Shown piece by piece: positions 43,820-59,658 of a stretch of 64,000 nt of DNA (the stretch's first letter is position 1; the number at the start of each line of letters is the position of its first letter). Under the pieces are notes generated by a model, which saw only the letters and a program-made list of their open reading frames with translations, was not told the origin of the DNA and ran no database searches. Made by a program: the position numbers and the translations under genes. This DNA comes from the human T2T-CHM13v2.0 reference genome, Homo sapiens: the NCBI RefSeq assembly GCF_009914755.1, contig NC_060927.1; one strand, 5' to 3'.

Positions 43820-44804
43820 ATCTGCATCTGTTATTCCAGCCTGATGCCTATTTAGGCAGATTTTTTTTTTTTTTTTACATTCTTAGCCCAAGCTCATTTT
43901 TATTTTCTCAGAGTGAAGAAGGCAGGCAACTCAGGCCTTCCAGCCCAGTGCTGTCCTCCAGAGGATCCGGCTTTAGCTGCCATCTGCCCACAGCTGCATA
44001 AGACAGCTCAAGCAGGATAAGCCGAACCACTGAATCCAGTCAACCAACAAAATATGAGAGAATAATGTCTTGGATTTAGTCACTCTGGTTTGGGATGGTT
44101 TATTGCGTATACACAGATTAAAGAATCAGTCATTCTTGAAGAAGAACTCTCCCCTGATGGCAGGATGGTAATAAGGCCCCTGAAAATTAGATCGTCCCCA
44201 GAGAAGAAGAAAACAAGGGAGAGGAATGAGCCTAAATTAAAGACTTACTCAAAAGAGACTTGAGTTTTAACCTCTACTGATAGAAGTCAGAAGAGTAATG
44301 GCTGTGGGGGATGCATGGGTTGGCTGGAGGGGGCATGAGGGAGCCTTCTGGATTATTGGCAATGCCCTATACCTTGATCTGGGTGGTGGTTACATGGCCA
44401 CATACATATGAAAAATTCACCGAGCTGTACACTTAAATACTAAGTGGAAATGGAGTTCAGGAGCTAATTTCTATTATAGAGTAATAAAGAAAAGTTCACC
44501 AATTCTGTGAAATGTACACCTGCCACAACATAAGTGAAAACAAAGAATGGCAGACACATGAAGTAAACAAATATTTATATAGAAAAAAAGTATTATTTAT
44601 GAATCTAAACAGTGAGTGACCAAGATGCCAAACAGAAACATGATTAAGAACAGGGAACTTGAGAATATAAAATTATAACATTGCTGGAATACTCATTCTT
44701 GTAACTCCTATTTCAATGAGTTAAATTAGAAGTAGACTATACCCTTTTCAAGATCATCATCCCTGGAATTAGAGATGGAAGGAAGCTTTGAAATCCTCCT
44801 TCAC

Positions 44805-44975
44805 TGGTTCCAAAACTGGGCTGCACACTGGAATCACCTGGAGAGCTTTAAAAAATACTGATGCCTGGGGCCCACTCTAGAGATTCTGATGTAATTGGTC
44901 TGAGGTGTGGCTTGGGAATCAGGATTTTTAAAAGCTCCCCAGGTGATTTCAATGTGCCGCCAGGGTTGAGAATTA
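44805..44975. mobile_element. MER5A DNA transposon
   Basis: ctgcacactggaatcacctggagagctttaaaaaatactgatgcctggg ... aagctccccaggtgatt. Confidence 0.8.
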
Positions 44976-45719
44976 TGGGTCAATTTCAACCACTCTTCTC
45001 ACAAATGAGAACACAGAGGCCCAGGACTGGCAAATGGTTTGCTAAATATCCATTAATTGGCTGCAGCCAATTTTCTCTGATGTGCTCTAATAGGAGGGAG
45101 CTGTGGTATGGACAATACCAAACAATGAATAATCTAAAAATAATTTATATTTGGTTCGGGAAAGCAGCACATGACTTCCTGGCTGCCGACTGGCCTGGCT
45201 AATTCAGTTGGGTCGAAATGAATGTGCTCTTTCCTGCACTGACACTGACAACCCAGCTCTGTGCTGAGATGTGGAAGGAAGGTGGCCAAATTAAACACCG
45301 GCTGCAGCCAGTTCTCCAGTGGGCAACAGACATGGTGTCAATGGCACATAGTAACAATATGGATGTAGGGACTTGTCTAACAGAGGATTCCACGATGGAG
45401 CAAAGCTAGCTTTCTCCTCATCCTATACTCTAAGAGGGAGGGGGACCAGAGGCATAAAGACGGAACGAAGGAAGAGGGGCTTATGTTTTTCAAGGAGCTA
45501 TTTGGTGCCAGGTTTCATAATAAGCATTTCTATAAACAGCATATGGTCTTAGCTCTATAGAGTTAGGCATTCTGGAACCCACATTATAGAGATGAGGAAA
45601 CTGAGGTTCAGAGAGGTTGTATAACCCAAAGCAGAGCCAGAATAGAAACTCCAGCTTACCACACTCAACACTTTCCGACATACCATCTGTCTGTCGAAGA
45701 GGGAGAGATGCAGATGGAC

Positions 45720-46238
45720 TTGGGTCAGATCCTTAGATTGTAAGTGCTGCTAAGCAAACTTCACCTCCCGATTTTTCAGTTCTAACAGTCTAAAGGCAGC
45801 AACAAAGAGACCTCCAGAAAGTACCTGTGCAGCCATGAGAATCTGTCTCCAATCACGGGAGCATAACTGACCAAGAGCCCCAGCTGCCACTCTCTGAAAT
45901 CTGTCACCCACATTTACGCTAAGGCCACATTTCCCAGGCATTGTGCTGCTCCTCTCCAATGTCCAGTAGAAATATGAAGGTGGCCCTGTTCCTGGGAGGC
46001 ATGGGACTCCTCTGATAAAAGTCTTGCCAAATTCTCCTCAGATGGCACCCAGCCAGGATGCTTCTGCCCATCCTTCCTACCCTCTTTCCTCATTGAGGTC
46101 TGACCTGCATTGCAGTCTGATGGCTCTCAGCCTTTTCCAGCTCTTCTGTTTTCTCTCACAGAGGCATTTCCCTTAATAAAGTCCCTCATGTATTTAATCC
46201 TACCTTGGCATCTACTTTCCAGAGGACCTGGACAACAG
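45720..46238 (+). mobile_element. ERVL solo LTR (LTR16/LTR40-class)
   Basis: 3' end cttaataaagtccc...taatcctaccttggcatctactttccagaggacctggac. Confidence 0.55.
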
Positions 46239-47035
46239 AAATGCCCCTAGCTAATGGTGCCCCCAACTATACACACATCACAGTGGGGAAGGCGAGGAGA
46301 GAAAAGGTCATCTGCTGACTCATCAAGGGGAAGCTGGTCTGAAATTTTTTAATAAAATTGTGGGTACACAGGTGTATAAATTTATGGAGTACACAAGATA
46401 TTTTGATACAGGCATACAATGCATAATAATCACATCAGTGTAAATAGGGTATCCATCACCACACATATTTATCCTTCTTTGTTGTTGTTGTGACAAACGA
46501 TCCAATTATACTCTTTGGGTTATTGTAAAATGTACAATTGTTGACTACAGTCATCCTGTTGTGCTGTCAAATACTAGGTCTTATTCATTCTTTTTATTCT
46601 TCTGTACCCATTAACCATCCCCACTGCCCTCTCTCCTGACTACTGTTGCCAGCCTCTGGTAACCTCTCTATGTCCATGAGTTCGATTGTTTTAACTTTTA
46701 GCTCCCACCAATAAGTGAGAACATGTGAAGTTTGTCTTTCTGTGCCTGGCTTATTTCACTTAACATAATGACCTCCAATTCCATCCATGTTGCTGCAAAT
46801 GAAAGGATCTCATTCTTTTTATGGCTGAATAGTACTCCATTGTGTATATGTACCACATTTTCTTTATCCATCCATCTGCTGATGGACACTTAGGTTGTTT
46901 CCAGAACTTGGCTACTGTGAACAGTGCTACAATAAACATGGGAGTGCAGATACTGCTTCAATATACTGATTTTTCTTTTGGGTATAAGCCTAGGAGTGGG
47001 TTGCTGGATCATATTGTAGCTCTATTTTTAGTGGG

Positions 47036-47344
47036 TTTTTTTTTTTTTTTTTTTTTTGAGACATGGTCTTGCTCTGTCACCTAGGCTGGAGAGCAGTGGC
47101 ACACTCTCGGCTCACCATAGCCTCTACCTCTTGGGCTCAAGCAATCCCCCATCCTTAGTCTCCCGAGTAGTTGGGACTATAGGCATATACAATCATGCCT
47201 GGCTAATTTTTTATTTTTGTATTTTTGTAGAGATGGGGCTTTGCCATATTTCCCAGGCTGGTCTAAACACCTGAGCTGAAGCGATCCACCCTCCTCAGCC
47301 TCCCAAAGTGCTGACATTACAGGTGTGAGCCACTGTGCCCGGCC
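47036..47344 (-). mobile_element. AluJ within the L1
   Basis: Poly-T; J-type dimer; flanked by ctctattttt/c repeats. Confidence 0.9.
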
Positions 47345-48173
47345 CTCTATTTTCAGTTTTTTGAGGAACCTCCAAACTGCTCTCCATAGTGGTTGTACTA
47401 ATTTATATTCCACCAACAGTGTACAAGAGTTCCCTTTTCTCCACATCCTCTCCAGCATTTGTTATTGCCTGTCTTTTGAATAAAAGCCATTTTAACTGGG
47501 GTGAGAAAGCATCTCATTGCAGTTTTCATATGCATTTCTCTGATGACCATATTTAGCACCTTTTCATATACCTGTTTCCCATTTGTATGACTTACTTTGA
47601 GAAATGTCTGTTCAGATCTCTTGCCCATTTTTTAATTGTATTAGATTTTTTCCATACAGAGCTGTTTGAGCTCCTTATATATTCTGATGAGTAGTTTGCA
47701 AATATTTTCTCCCAGTCTGTGGGTTGTCTCTTCACTTTGTTTCCTTTGCTGTGCAGAAGCTTTTTAACTTGATGTGACTCCATTTGTCTATTTTTGCTTT
47801 GGTTGCCTGTGCTTGTGGGGTATTACTTATGGTTCAATCTTGGTAGGTTGTATGTGTCTAGGAACTTATCCATTTCTTCTGGGTTTTCCAATTTCTTGTC
47901 ATATAGTTGCTCCAATGATCCTTTGAATTTCTGTGATATCAGTTGTAATGTCTCCTTTTTCATCTCTGATTTATTTGGGTCTTCTCTTTTCCTTAATCTG
48001 GCGAAAGGATTTTATTTTTTAAAAAATTGTTCTGTTGAACTTTTGCATTGTTTTCTTTATTTCAATTACATTTATTTCTGCTCTGCTCTTTATTATTTCT
48101 TCTACTAATCTTAAGTTTGGTTTGCTCTTGCTTTGCTAAATCTTTAAGATATATTGTTAGGTTGTTTATTTGA

Positions 48174-48491
<318 letters not shown>

Positions 48492-49785
48492 AGTTTTTCT
48501 ACTTTTTTGATGTAGGTACTTATAGCTATAAACTTCCCTCTTAGCACTGCTTTGCTGTATTCCATAGGTTTTGGTATGCTGTGTTTCCATTATCATGTGT
48601 TTCAATAATTTTTTCAGTTTCCTTCTTAATTTCCTCACTGACCCATTGGTTACTCAGACACATACTGTTTAATTTCCATGTGTTTGTATAGTTTCCAAAA
48701 TTCCTCATTATCGATTTCCAGTTTTATTCCATTGAGATCAGGGAGGAGACTTGATATTATTTCAGTTTTTTAAAATGTTTTAAGACTTGTTTTGTGGCCT
48801 AACATATGGTCTATGCTTGAGAATAATCTATGTGCTGAGGAGAAGAATGTATATTCTGCAGCCATTGCATGAATTGTTCTATAAATATCTATTAGGTCCA
48901 TCTGGTCTGCAGTGCAGATTAAGTCCAATGTTACTTTGTTTTCTGTCTGGATGATTTGTCCAATGCTGAAAGTGGGGTGTTGAAGTCTCCCACTATTATT
49001 ATATTGGGGTCTATCTCTCTCTTTAACTCTATTAATGTTTGCTTTATATATCTGGGTGCTCCAGTATTGGATGCATATATAATTGTTATATCCTCTTCCT
49101 GAATTGACTCCTCTATAATTATATAATAATCTGGCCTCTTTTTACAGTTTTTGTCTTGAAGTCTATTTTGTCTGATACAGGTATAGCTACTCCTGCTCTT
49201 TTTTGATTTCCATTTGCATGGAGTATCTCTTTCCATCCCTTTCTTTTGTCTATGAGTGTCTTTATACGTGAAGTGTGTTTCTTGTAGGCAACAGATCATT
49301 GGGTCTTTTTTTTTCTTTATCCATTCAACCACTCTATGCTTTTTGATTGGAGCATTTAGTCCATTTACATTCAATGTTATTATTGATAAGTAATGACTTG
49401 TTTTCTGGTTGTTTTGTGGTCTTCTCTTCCTTCTTTCCTTCTGTCCTGTCTTCCTTTCTAGCCGAGGTGATTTTCTCTAGTGGTATGTTTTAATTTCTTC
49501 CTTTTTATTGTTTGTGTTATCAATCATATGTTTTTTGATTTGAGGTTACCATGAAGCTTGCAAATAATATCTTATAACCCATTTCTTTAAACTGATGACA
49601 ACTTAACACTTGTATAAACAAGCAAAGAGAAAACTAATTAAAATGCTACACTTTTTACATCAGTATAGTGTGAGAAATAAAAATAAAAAATCTGTACACT
49701 TTAACTTCTTCCCTCTACTTTTTATTTTGTTTTTGTTTTAATTTATACCTTACTGAACTCTGTCTTGAACAGTTGTTGCAGTTAT

Positions 49786-50083
<298 letters not shown>

Positions 50084-50630
50084 TAAGATATGAGTTTGCA
50101 CACCACAATTACAGTGTTATAATATTTTGTGTTTTTCTGTGTGTTTACTATTAACAGTGAATTCTGCAGCTTCAGATAATTTCTTATTGCTCATTAAGGT
50201 CTTTTTCTTTCAGATTGAAGAATTCCCTTTAGCATTTCTTGTAGGACAGGTCTGGTGTTGATGAAACCCTTCAGCTTTTGTCTGGGAAAGTATTTCTTCT
50301 TCACAGTTGAAGGAAATTTTTGCTGGTTATATTATTCTACAGTAAAAGTTTTTTCCTTCAGCACTTGAAATGTGTCATGTCACTCTTTTTCCTGGCCTGT
50401 AAGGTTTCCACTGCAAAGTCTGCTGCGAGACGTACTGAAGCGTCATTGTATACTGTTTCTTTTCTCTTGCTTGTAGGCTGACTTCCTTATCCTTGACCTT
50501 TGGGAGTTTCATTATTAAATGCCTTGAGGTAGCCTTCTTTAGGTTAAATCTGCTTGGTGTTCTATAACCATCTTGTACTTGAATATTAATATCTTTCTCT
50601 AGGTTTGGGAAGCTGTTATTATCCTTTTGA

Positions 50631-50977
<347 letters not shown>

Positions 50978-51043
50978 TTAAGGCCAATAACTCTTAGATT
51001 TGCCCTTTTGATGCTACTTTCTAGATCTTGTAGGCATGCTTCA

Positions 51044-51074
<31 letters not shown>

Positions 51075-51466
51075 TGTCTGTGACCATGTATTTTCAAGTA
51101 GCTTGTCTTCAAGCTCACTGATTCTTTCTTCTGCTTCATCAATTCTGCTGTTAAGAGACTGAAACATCCTTCGGCATGTCAACTGCATTTTTCAAATCCA
51201 GAATTTCTGCTTGATTCTACTTAATCGTTTCAATCTCTTTGTTAAATTTATCTGAAAAGATTCTGAATTCCTTCTGTGTTATTTTGAATTTCTTTGACTT
51301 TCCTCAAAACCGAGTTCCTTTTGAATTCGGTCTGAAAGTTCACATATTTCTGTCTCTTTGGGATTGGTCCCTAGTGCTTTAGTTAGTTTGGTGAGGTCAT
51401 GTTTTCCTGGATGGTCTTGATGCTTGCAGATGTTCATCAGTGCATGCACATTGAAGAGTTAGGTAT

Positions 51467-53739
51467 TGATATGGTTTGGCTGTGTCCCCACCCAAATCTC
51501 AACTTGAATTGTATCTCCCAGAATTCCCACGTGTTGTGGGAGGGACCCAGGGGGAGGTAATTGAATCATGGGGGCTGGTCTTTCCCATGCTATTCTCGTG
51601 ATAGTAAGTCTCACGAGATCTGATGGGTTTATCAGGGGTTTCCGCTTTTGCTTTTTCCTCATTTTCTCCTGTTGCCACCATGTAAGAAGTGCTTTTTAAC
51701 CTCCCACCATGATTCTGAGCCTCCCCAGCCATATGGAACTGTAAGTCCAATTAAACCTCTTTTTCTTCCCAGACTCGGGTATGTCTTTACAAGCAGCATG
51801 AAAATGAACTAATACAGTAACTTGGTACCAGTAGAGTGGGGCATTGCTGAAAAGATACCTGAATATGTGAAAGCAACTTTGGAACTGGCTAACAGGCAGA
51901 GATTGGAATAGTTTGAAGGGCTCAGAAGAAAACAGGAAAATGTGGGAAAGTTTGGAACTTCCTAGAGACTTGTCGAATAGCTTTATCCAAAATGCTGATG
52001 GTGATATGGACAATACAATTTAGGCTGAGGTGGTCTCAGATGGAGATGAGGAACTTTTTGGGAACTGGAGCAAAGATGACTCTTGTTATGTTTTAGCAAA
52101 GAGAGTGGCAACATTTTGCCCCTGCCCTAGAGATTTGTGGAACTTTGAATTTGAGAGAGATGATTTAGGGTATCTGGCAGAAGAAATTTCTAAGCAGCAA
52201 AGCATTCAAGAGGTTACTTGGGTGCTGTTAAAGCCATTCACTTTTATAAGGGAAGAAGAGCATAAAAGTTTGGACAGTGTGCAGCCTGGCTGTGCGATAG
52301 AAAAGAAAAACCCATTTTCTGGGGAGAAATTCAAGTCAGCTACAGAAATCTGCATAAGTAGCAAGGAGACTAATGTTAATCCCCAAAACCATGGGGAAAA
52401 TGTCTCCAGGCAATGTCAGAGAACTCTGCAGCAGCCCCTCCCATCACATGCCTGAAGGGCCAAGGAGGAAAAAGTAGTTTCATGGACCGGGTCCAGGATC
52501 CCCGTGCTGTGTGCAGCCTATGGACTTGGTGTCCTGTGTCCCAGCGGCTCCAGCCATGGCTGAAAGGGGCCAACATACAGCTCGGGCTGTGGCTTCAGAG
52601 GGTGGAAGCCTCAAGCCTTGGCAGCTTCCACATGGTGTTCAGCCTGTGGGTACACAGAAGTCACAAGAACTGAGGTTTGGGAACCTCTGCCTAGATTTCA
52701 GAATATTCATGGAAACACCTGGATGCCTGGGCAAAAGTTTGCTGCAGGGGCAGGGCCCTCATGGAGAACCTCTGCTAGGGCAGTGCAGAAGGGAAATGTG
52801 GGGTCAGAGCCCCCACACAGAGTCCGTACTGGGGCACCACCTGGTGGAGCTGTGAGAAGTGGGCCACTGTCTTCCAGACCCCAGAACAGCAGATCCACTG
52901 ACAGCTTGCACCATGTACCTGGAAAAGCTGCAGACACTCAATGCCAGCCCACGAAAACAGCGAGGAGGGAGGCTGTACCCTGCAAAGCCACAGGGGCAGA
53001 GCTGCCCAAGACCATGGGAACCCAACTCTCGCATCAGCGTGACCTGGGTGTGAAACCTGGAGTCAAAGGAGATCATTTTGGAACTTTAAAATTTGATGGC
53101 CCCCTGGATTTAGGACTTGCATAGGCCCTGTAGCCCCTTTGTTTTGGCCAATTTCTCCCATTTGGAATGGCTGTATTTACCCAATGCCTCTACCCCCAGT
53201 GTATCTAGGAAGTAACTAGCTTGCTTTTGATAGGCAGAAGGGACTTACTTGACTTGTCTCAGATAAGACTTTGGACTGTGGACTTTTGGGTTAATGCTGA
53301 AATGAGTTAAGATTTTGGGGGACTCTTGGAAGGCATGATTGGTTTTGAAATGTGAGGACATTGAGATTTGGAGGGGCCAGGGACAGAATGATATGGTTTG
53401 GCTGTGTCCCCCAACAAATCTCAACTTGAATTGTATCTCCTAGAATCCCCATGTGTTTTGGAAGGGACCCCAAGGGGAGATAATTTAATCATGGGGGCTG
53501 GTCTTTCCTGTGCTATTCTCATGATAGTAAGTCTCAGGAGATCTGATGGCTTTATCAGGGGTTTCTGCTTTTGCTTCTTCCTCGTTTTCTCTTGCCACCA
53601 CCACATAAGAAGAGCCTTTTGCCTCCCACCATGATTTTGAGGCCTCCCTGGCCATGTGGAACTGTAAGTCCAATTAAACCTCTTTTTCTTCCCAGTCTCC
53701 GGTATGTCTTTACTAGCAGCATGAAAATGGACTAATACA
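51467..53739 (+). mobile_element. Full-length THE1A MaLR provirus (LTR 51467-51816, internal 51817-53388, LTR 53389-53739)
   Basis: Two ~350-bp TG...CA LTRs starting TGATATGGTTTGGCTGTGTCCCC, a 1.57-kb THE1 internal region, and a perfect 5-bp TSD GGTAT (51462-51466 / 53740-53744). Confidence 0.93.
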
Positions 53740-56159
53740 GGTATCTATTGTAGTCTTCACAGTCTGAGACAGTTTGTACCTATACTTCTTGGGAAGGCTT
53801 TCCAGGCATTTGAAGGAACTTGTGTGTTGTGATCCAAGTTTTTGGCTGCTGCAGCCAAACCTGCATTAGGGGGCACCCCAGGCCCAGTAATGCTGTGTAA
53901 TACCCCAAGACCTTGGCGGTCTTGGATAAGATCCAGAAGAATTCTCTGAATTGCCAGGCCTAGACTCTTGTTCTCTTACCTTACTTTCTCCCAAACAAAT
54001 GTAATCTTTCTGTGCTGTTCCTTCTGGAGCTGGGGGAGGGATGACACAAGCACCCCTATGTCCACCACCACTGGGACTGCACTGGGTCAGACCTGAAGCC
54101 AGCACAGCACTGGGTCTTGCTCAAGGCCCACGGTAACCACTACCTGGCTACTGTGTATATTCACTCAAGGCTCTAGGGCTCTACAATCAGCTGGACAAAG
54201 CCAGCCAGGCTTGTGTCCCTCCCTTTAGGGCAGTGAGGTCCCCTCTGCCTTGACTGGGTCCAGAGATGCCATCCGGGAACAGGATCTGGAGTCAGAAAAC
54301 TTCGGAATTTACCTGGTTCACTATTTTACTGAGGCTGAGCTGGCACCCAAGTCACAAGACAAAGTCCTTCCCACACTTCCCTCCCATTTCCACAAGAAGA
54401 GTCTGTTTGTGGTCACCACCACCCCAGGCACACAGCAACTACTGCCTGGCCACTGCCAATGTTCACCCAAGGTTGAAGTCCTCTTCAGTCAGCTTGTGAT
54501 GAATACTGCTAGGCCTGGGACTCTCCCTCCAGGTCACTGGGCTCCCCTCTGGCCCAGGGCAGGACTAGGAATGCCATCCAAGAGCCAAGGCCTCATACTG
54601 GGGACTCCAAGAGCCTGCTTGGTGCTCTATTCACTGTGGCTGAATTGGTACCTAAGCTCCAAGACAAAGACACCTTTACTCTTCCCTCTCCTTTTCTCAA
54701 GCAGAAGGAGTCTCCCCCAGTAGCCATCACAGCTGGGAATGTGCTGGATCATACCTGAAGCCAGCACATCTGAGTCTCACCCAAGGCCCATGATGAGTAC
54801 CACCTGGCTACTACTGCTGATTATTCAGGGCCCAAGGGCTCTTTCATCAGCAGGTGATGAATCCTGCCAGGTTTGGATCCTTTCCTTCAAGGCAGTGGTA
54901 GGGGTCTAGCCCAGGTAGGTCTAGAAATGTCATCAAGGACCTAGGGCCTGGAATGGGGGCCTCAGGACTGCCTGGTGCCCTACCCTACTGTGGCTGAACT
55001 CGAAGACAAAGTCCTCTTTACTCTTCCCTCTCCTTAGGCAGAAGGAACGAGTCTCTCCTAGAGCTGCGAGCTGCACTGCCTGGGGCAAGGGAAGGGGTGG
55101 TATAAACACTCCCTTGGCCACCCCGGCTGGTATCTCACTGGACTGTGTGCCCCTGAAGTCTACTGGCTCCAAGCCCAGCACAGCATCAAGACTTGCCCAG
55201 GAATTGAAGTCCTTGTGGCTTAGACTGTCTTTCAAGTTTATTTAGGACTCCAGAGTACTTTAGCCCTTCTGGCTAGGAGTGGTCTAAATGCTCCCTCCAT
55301 GGACACCAGCTGAGTTCTGCCTCATGATGCTTTCTGCTGTGACACAGCAGCACTAAGTTCCAATGCAAAGTCCCACAGTTACGGCACTCTCCCTCCCCTA
55401 AATGCACAGATTCTCTCCATGCCACACAACCACTGCTGGGGCATGGGGGAGGGGTGGCATCAGCAATTCAAGACTGTCTTTCCTACCCTCTTCAGTGCCT
55501 CTTTCAGTGATAGGAAGTTAAAAACAGGTACTGTGATTTCTCACCTTATTTTTGCTTCTTATGAAGGTGCTTTATTGTGTGGATAGTTAATTTGGTGTTT
55601 CTGCAAGGATGATGATTGGTGGAGGCTCCTATTCAGCCATCTTGCGCCACCTCCTCCCTCTTTTCTGGTCTGAGATTTTGAAGGTGAAGACTACAGAGGA
55701 GCAGCTTTCTCAATATGTTTGCCTTTGTCATTGGTCTCAGTGCTATGAAGGAAGGTGGTTTAGGCAACAAGTAATTGACTAGCATTTCAACTAGCCCTGA
55801 CTGGGGGTTAATTGCCAATAAGTCACTTGTTATTGCAGGTGACCACAAGCCCCAACTTGGAAATGGTAGTAGGTATTCTTTTTTGATCTTGTCATGTATT
55901 TCAACCCTGCAGCCTCAGTAACTCCTAATAGGGAGGTTTTCTTGTCATCTTTTACTCCCTCCTGAAGGAGGAAAGTAGATAAATGACGTGCTGATTCTAA
56001 AACACCTAGAAGGAAAATGGTGCGTGCCCACCAATGCCATTTAGCCTTGTTTTGGAAGTACTTGCCAATGCCACTAAATAGCAACAAAACAGATTAATAT
56101 CTAGAAACAAATTTAACAAAAATTGTGTAAGATCAATATAATGAAAACTTTAAAATTCC

Positions 56160-56650
56160 ACTGACAACTAGGCCTCAATGACCCTGAAAGAACTGCCCAG
56201 CACAGGGTTAGACAATTCCCAGTGATAGCAAATGATTCACCTGCTTGAGCCTTACTGACCTTGGAGAGGTCAAACAACTCGCCTTTCATACACAAGCCAA
56301 CCAATCCAGAGCTCATAACCCCAACTTCCCTCTTCATGGCCCTCTTTATGGTGCTCTCACATTCTGGGAGATTATCTCCCTACCCAATCACCCCAGGCCC
56401 GCATTCAGACAGCTAGGGACAGCCTCTACACCATTCCTGAGCATATCGACATTGTTCAAATAAACAAATCCTAAACTTGTTTACCCTGCCTCACTTCTTT
56501 CTTCCTGCAGTAATCACAATAGGGTTTTAGCCCACTAGTTCTCATTCTCTTTCTACCTGAGACCTCTTCTTGGGAACTCTGAGTAATAACTATTTTTTCA
56601 ATACCAACAGTCTCCTGATATGTTGGCCTTACCGAATATTTTCTGTTAAC
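56160..56650 (+). mobile_element. ERV solo LTR (MER21/MER77-like; family uncertain)
   Basis: aaccaatccagagctc ... ccctacccaatcacccca ... ctagggacagcctctac ... cttgggaactctgagtaataac. Confidence 0.45.
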
Positions 56651-56738
56651 ACACTATATTTTAAAATACACTGTAATTAAAATATCAGATTTTTTTGCTA
56701 CTAAGGTTAATATGGAAAAATCATCAAGTGAAAATAAC

Positions 56739-57132
<394 letters not shown>

Positions 57133-58338
57133 CTACGAACCATTAAATGGTTTGATGAATGTAGTGGATATAAATCTCAGTCCACAACAGTGTGAAAGAA
57201 ATATTTATTTTCAGTAATTCTATCTAATTTTAATTTTGACCTTCATTTTGCCAGGGTGGAAATAAAACTTCAGTCATTTTAGGGCCTCACGATCACCAGC
57301 CCCCCATCCCCAGCATTGCTCTAAGAACCGCTGGGCTTACTTAATACCCAGGCATCAGGGTGGACCTCTGATCCTTGGTAGTTCATCCATTCACCCTGCA
57401 TCCTTGTTTAAAATTGTCTGCTATAGCTTTTGTGATATAAACCCTTCCTGGATTACTTCCTTCCCAAAACAAGATGGTGAGGGAGATGGGAATTTAGCTC
57501 ACCGTGAACACTGAGTTTGTGACAGGGGTGCACCCCAGGTGCGGCAGGAACATTCAGAGAAAGGAAGGCTTCATGGAAGAGTGGACTGTTGAGCTGGGCC
57601 TTGAAGCATATAGCCAACTCCACACGGCAAAAATGGGTGGGTGTGTACAGAGCATCACAGCAGAAACAGCACAAGCAAAGCTGGGGCTGAGGTGAAACCA
57701 GGTCTGACTTCTTGAGTCTAACTTGACTGTGCAATGGGGAGGCAATTCCTGCAAATATGGAGGGACGAGGGAAGTGAGCCTTGGGAGTGAACTACATGGC
57801 TGTAGATTAGCCACTCCACAGAGCAGGCTCCAGCAACCACTGCATAGAAGGAAAATCATGGATCTTGCCATCTCTGCAGGTATTTCTAGGCCCTGAATCA
57901 AAATTTAAAGTGGTTCCTTCAAACTTTGAAACAGGAGATCCAGGAGTTTCTATGTGTTCCTTTCATAGCTCCCTAAATGGAAGAGTGACCATACAACCTG
58001 GATGTGCCATGGGTTCACTGGCCAGCTAGCGCCTCTTCTAAAAGAGAGGGCCCTGGAAGGGAGGGAAGATTCAAGATAATCTAGCAAAAGCCAGAGGCAA
58101 TCCTGCCAGTCAGATCAGAATCCAAGGCATACACTTTTATCTCCATCTCTTCCCAGAGTAAAGTTTATAGGATTGTCAATTTCTTCTTTCCACATTATTC
58201 CATTTATTCAGATTAGCAGCAGCAAATGCAACCAGAAAACACCAGATAATTTACACTTCATCTGTATTTTACTCTCTGTAATAGTCAGTAGTCAGTTTTC
58301 TTGGGGTTTCTCAGTCATAATTCCCATCTGGAATGTAA

Positions 58339-58660
<322 letters not shown>

Positions 58661-59375
58661 TGGTTTCCTACTTTCTTAAAACAGTCATATGATGTTCTAC
58701 TGTAATCACTTTACATTTGCATTATTTCAGAGTCATGGGCTGCTTCTTCATTGGCATGCACTGCTTCCCCACTGCCTAACTGTCTTGAAAATAAAGGAAC
58801 AAAAACAATTTGGGATTAAATATAATTTTCCATTTCATTTTCTTTTTCCTTCAGTGTCCAAAAGTCCTACCATTTTCTTGCAATGGATTTGAGACTTTTT
58901 TTCCCTATGGCACATACACTCACTTCACAAAATAAGCTGAGCTACTTCAAAGTAGCATGTATGAAATAACTGTAGAACATCTCCACTGAGCTATTGTTAA
59001 CCATCATGAGTTCCCATTTAACACGTAGTTAGTGAACTCTTAAAGAGTACTATGGCTATATAGAGAAGTGAAAATACACAACCCCTGATCTCCAGGAAAT
59101 GTCTAATTTACTTGAAGTAAGACCCAGTCACTTGAGAAAAGGGAAACCACTATGTCTACTTTCACATTCACCGCTAAGCAGGGATTCCAAGTGGTGTTCT
59201 CTTCTCTAAATTCTCACCTTCCTAAAATGCAGTGGCACTTATTGAGTGCCTTTTATATGCCAGGCATTGGGCTAGGAGCTTCTGGGTGGCTTTCTGAATC
59301 CCCAAATAACCCCATGAAATATGAAAGATTTCTGGAAAGACTATTAGTAGAGAAAGTAACCTAAGAAACCATTTC

Positions 59376-59658
<283 letters not shown>

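Noticed and set aside
48931-49374. 147-aa ORF with endonuclease motifs (NVNGLN, CLQETH, GDFNTPLS)
   Set aside because: Frameshifted remnant of L1 ORF2, not a functional gene.
52030-53124. Overlapping 114-168-aa ORFs
   Set aside because: Broken pieces of the THE1 internal region.
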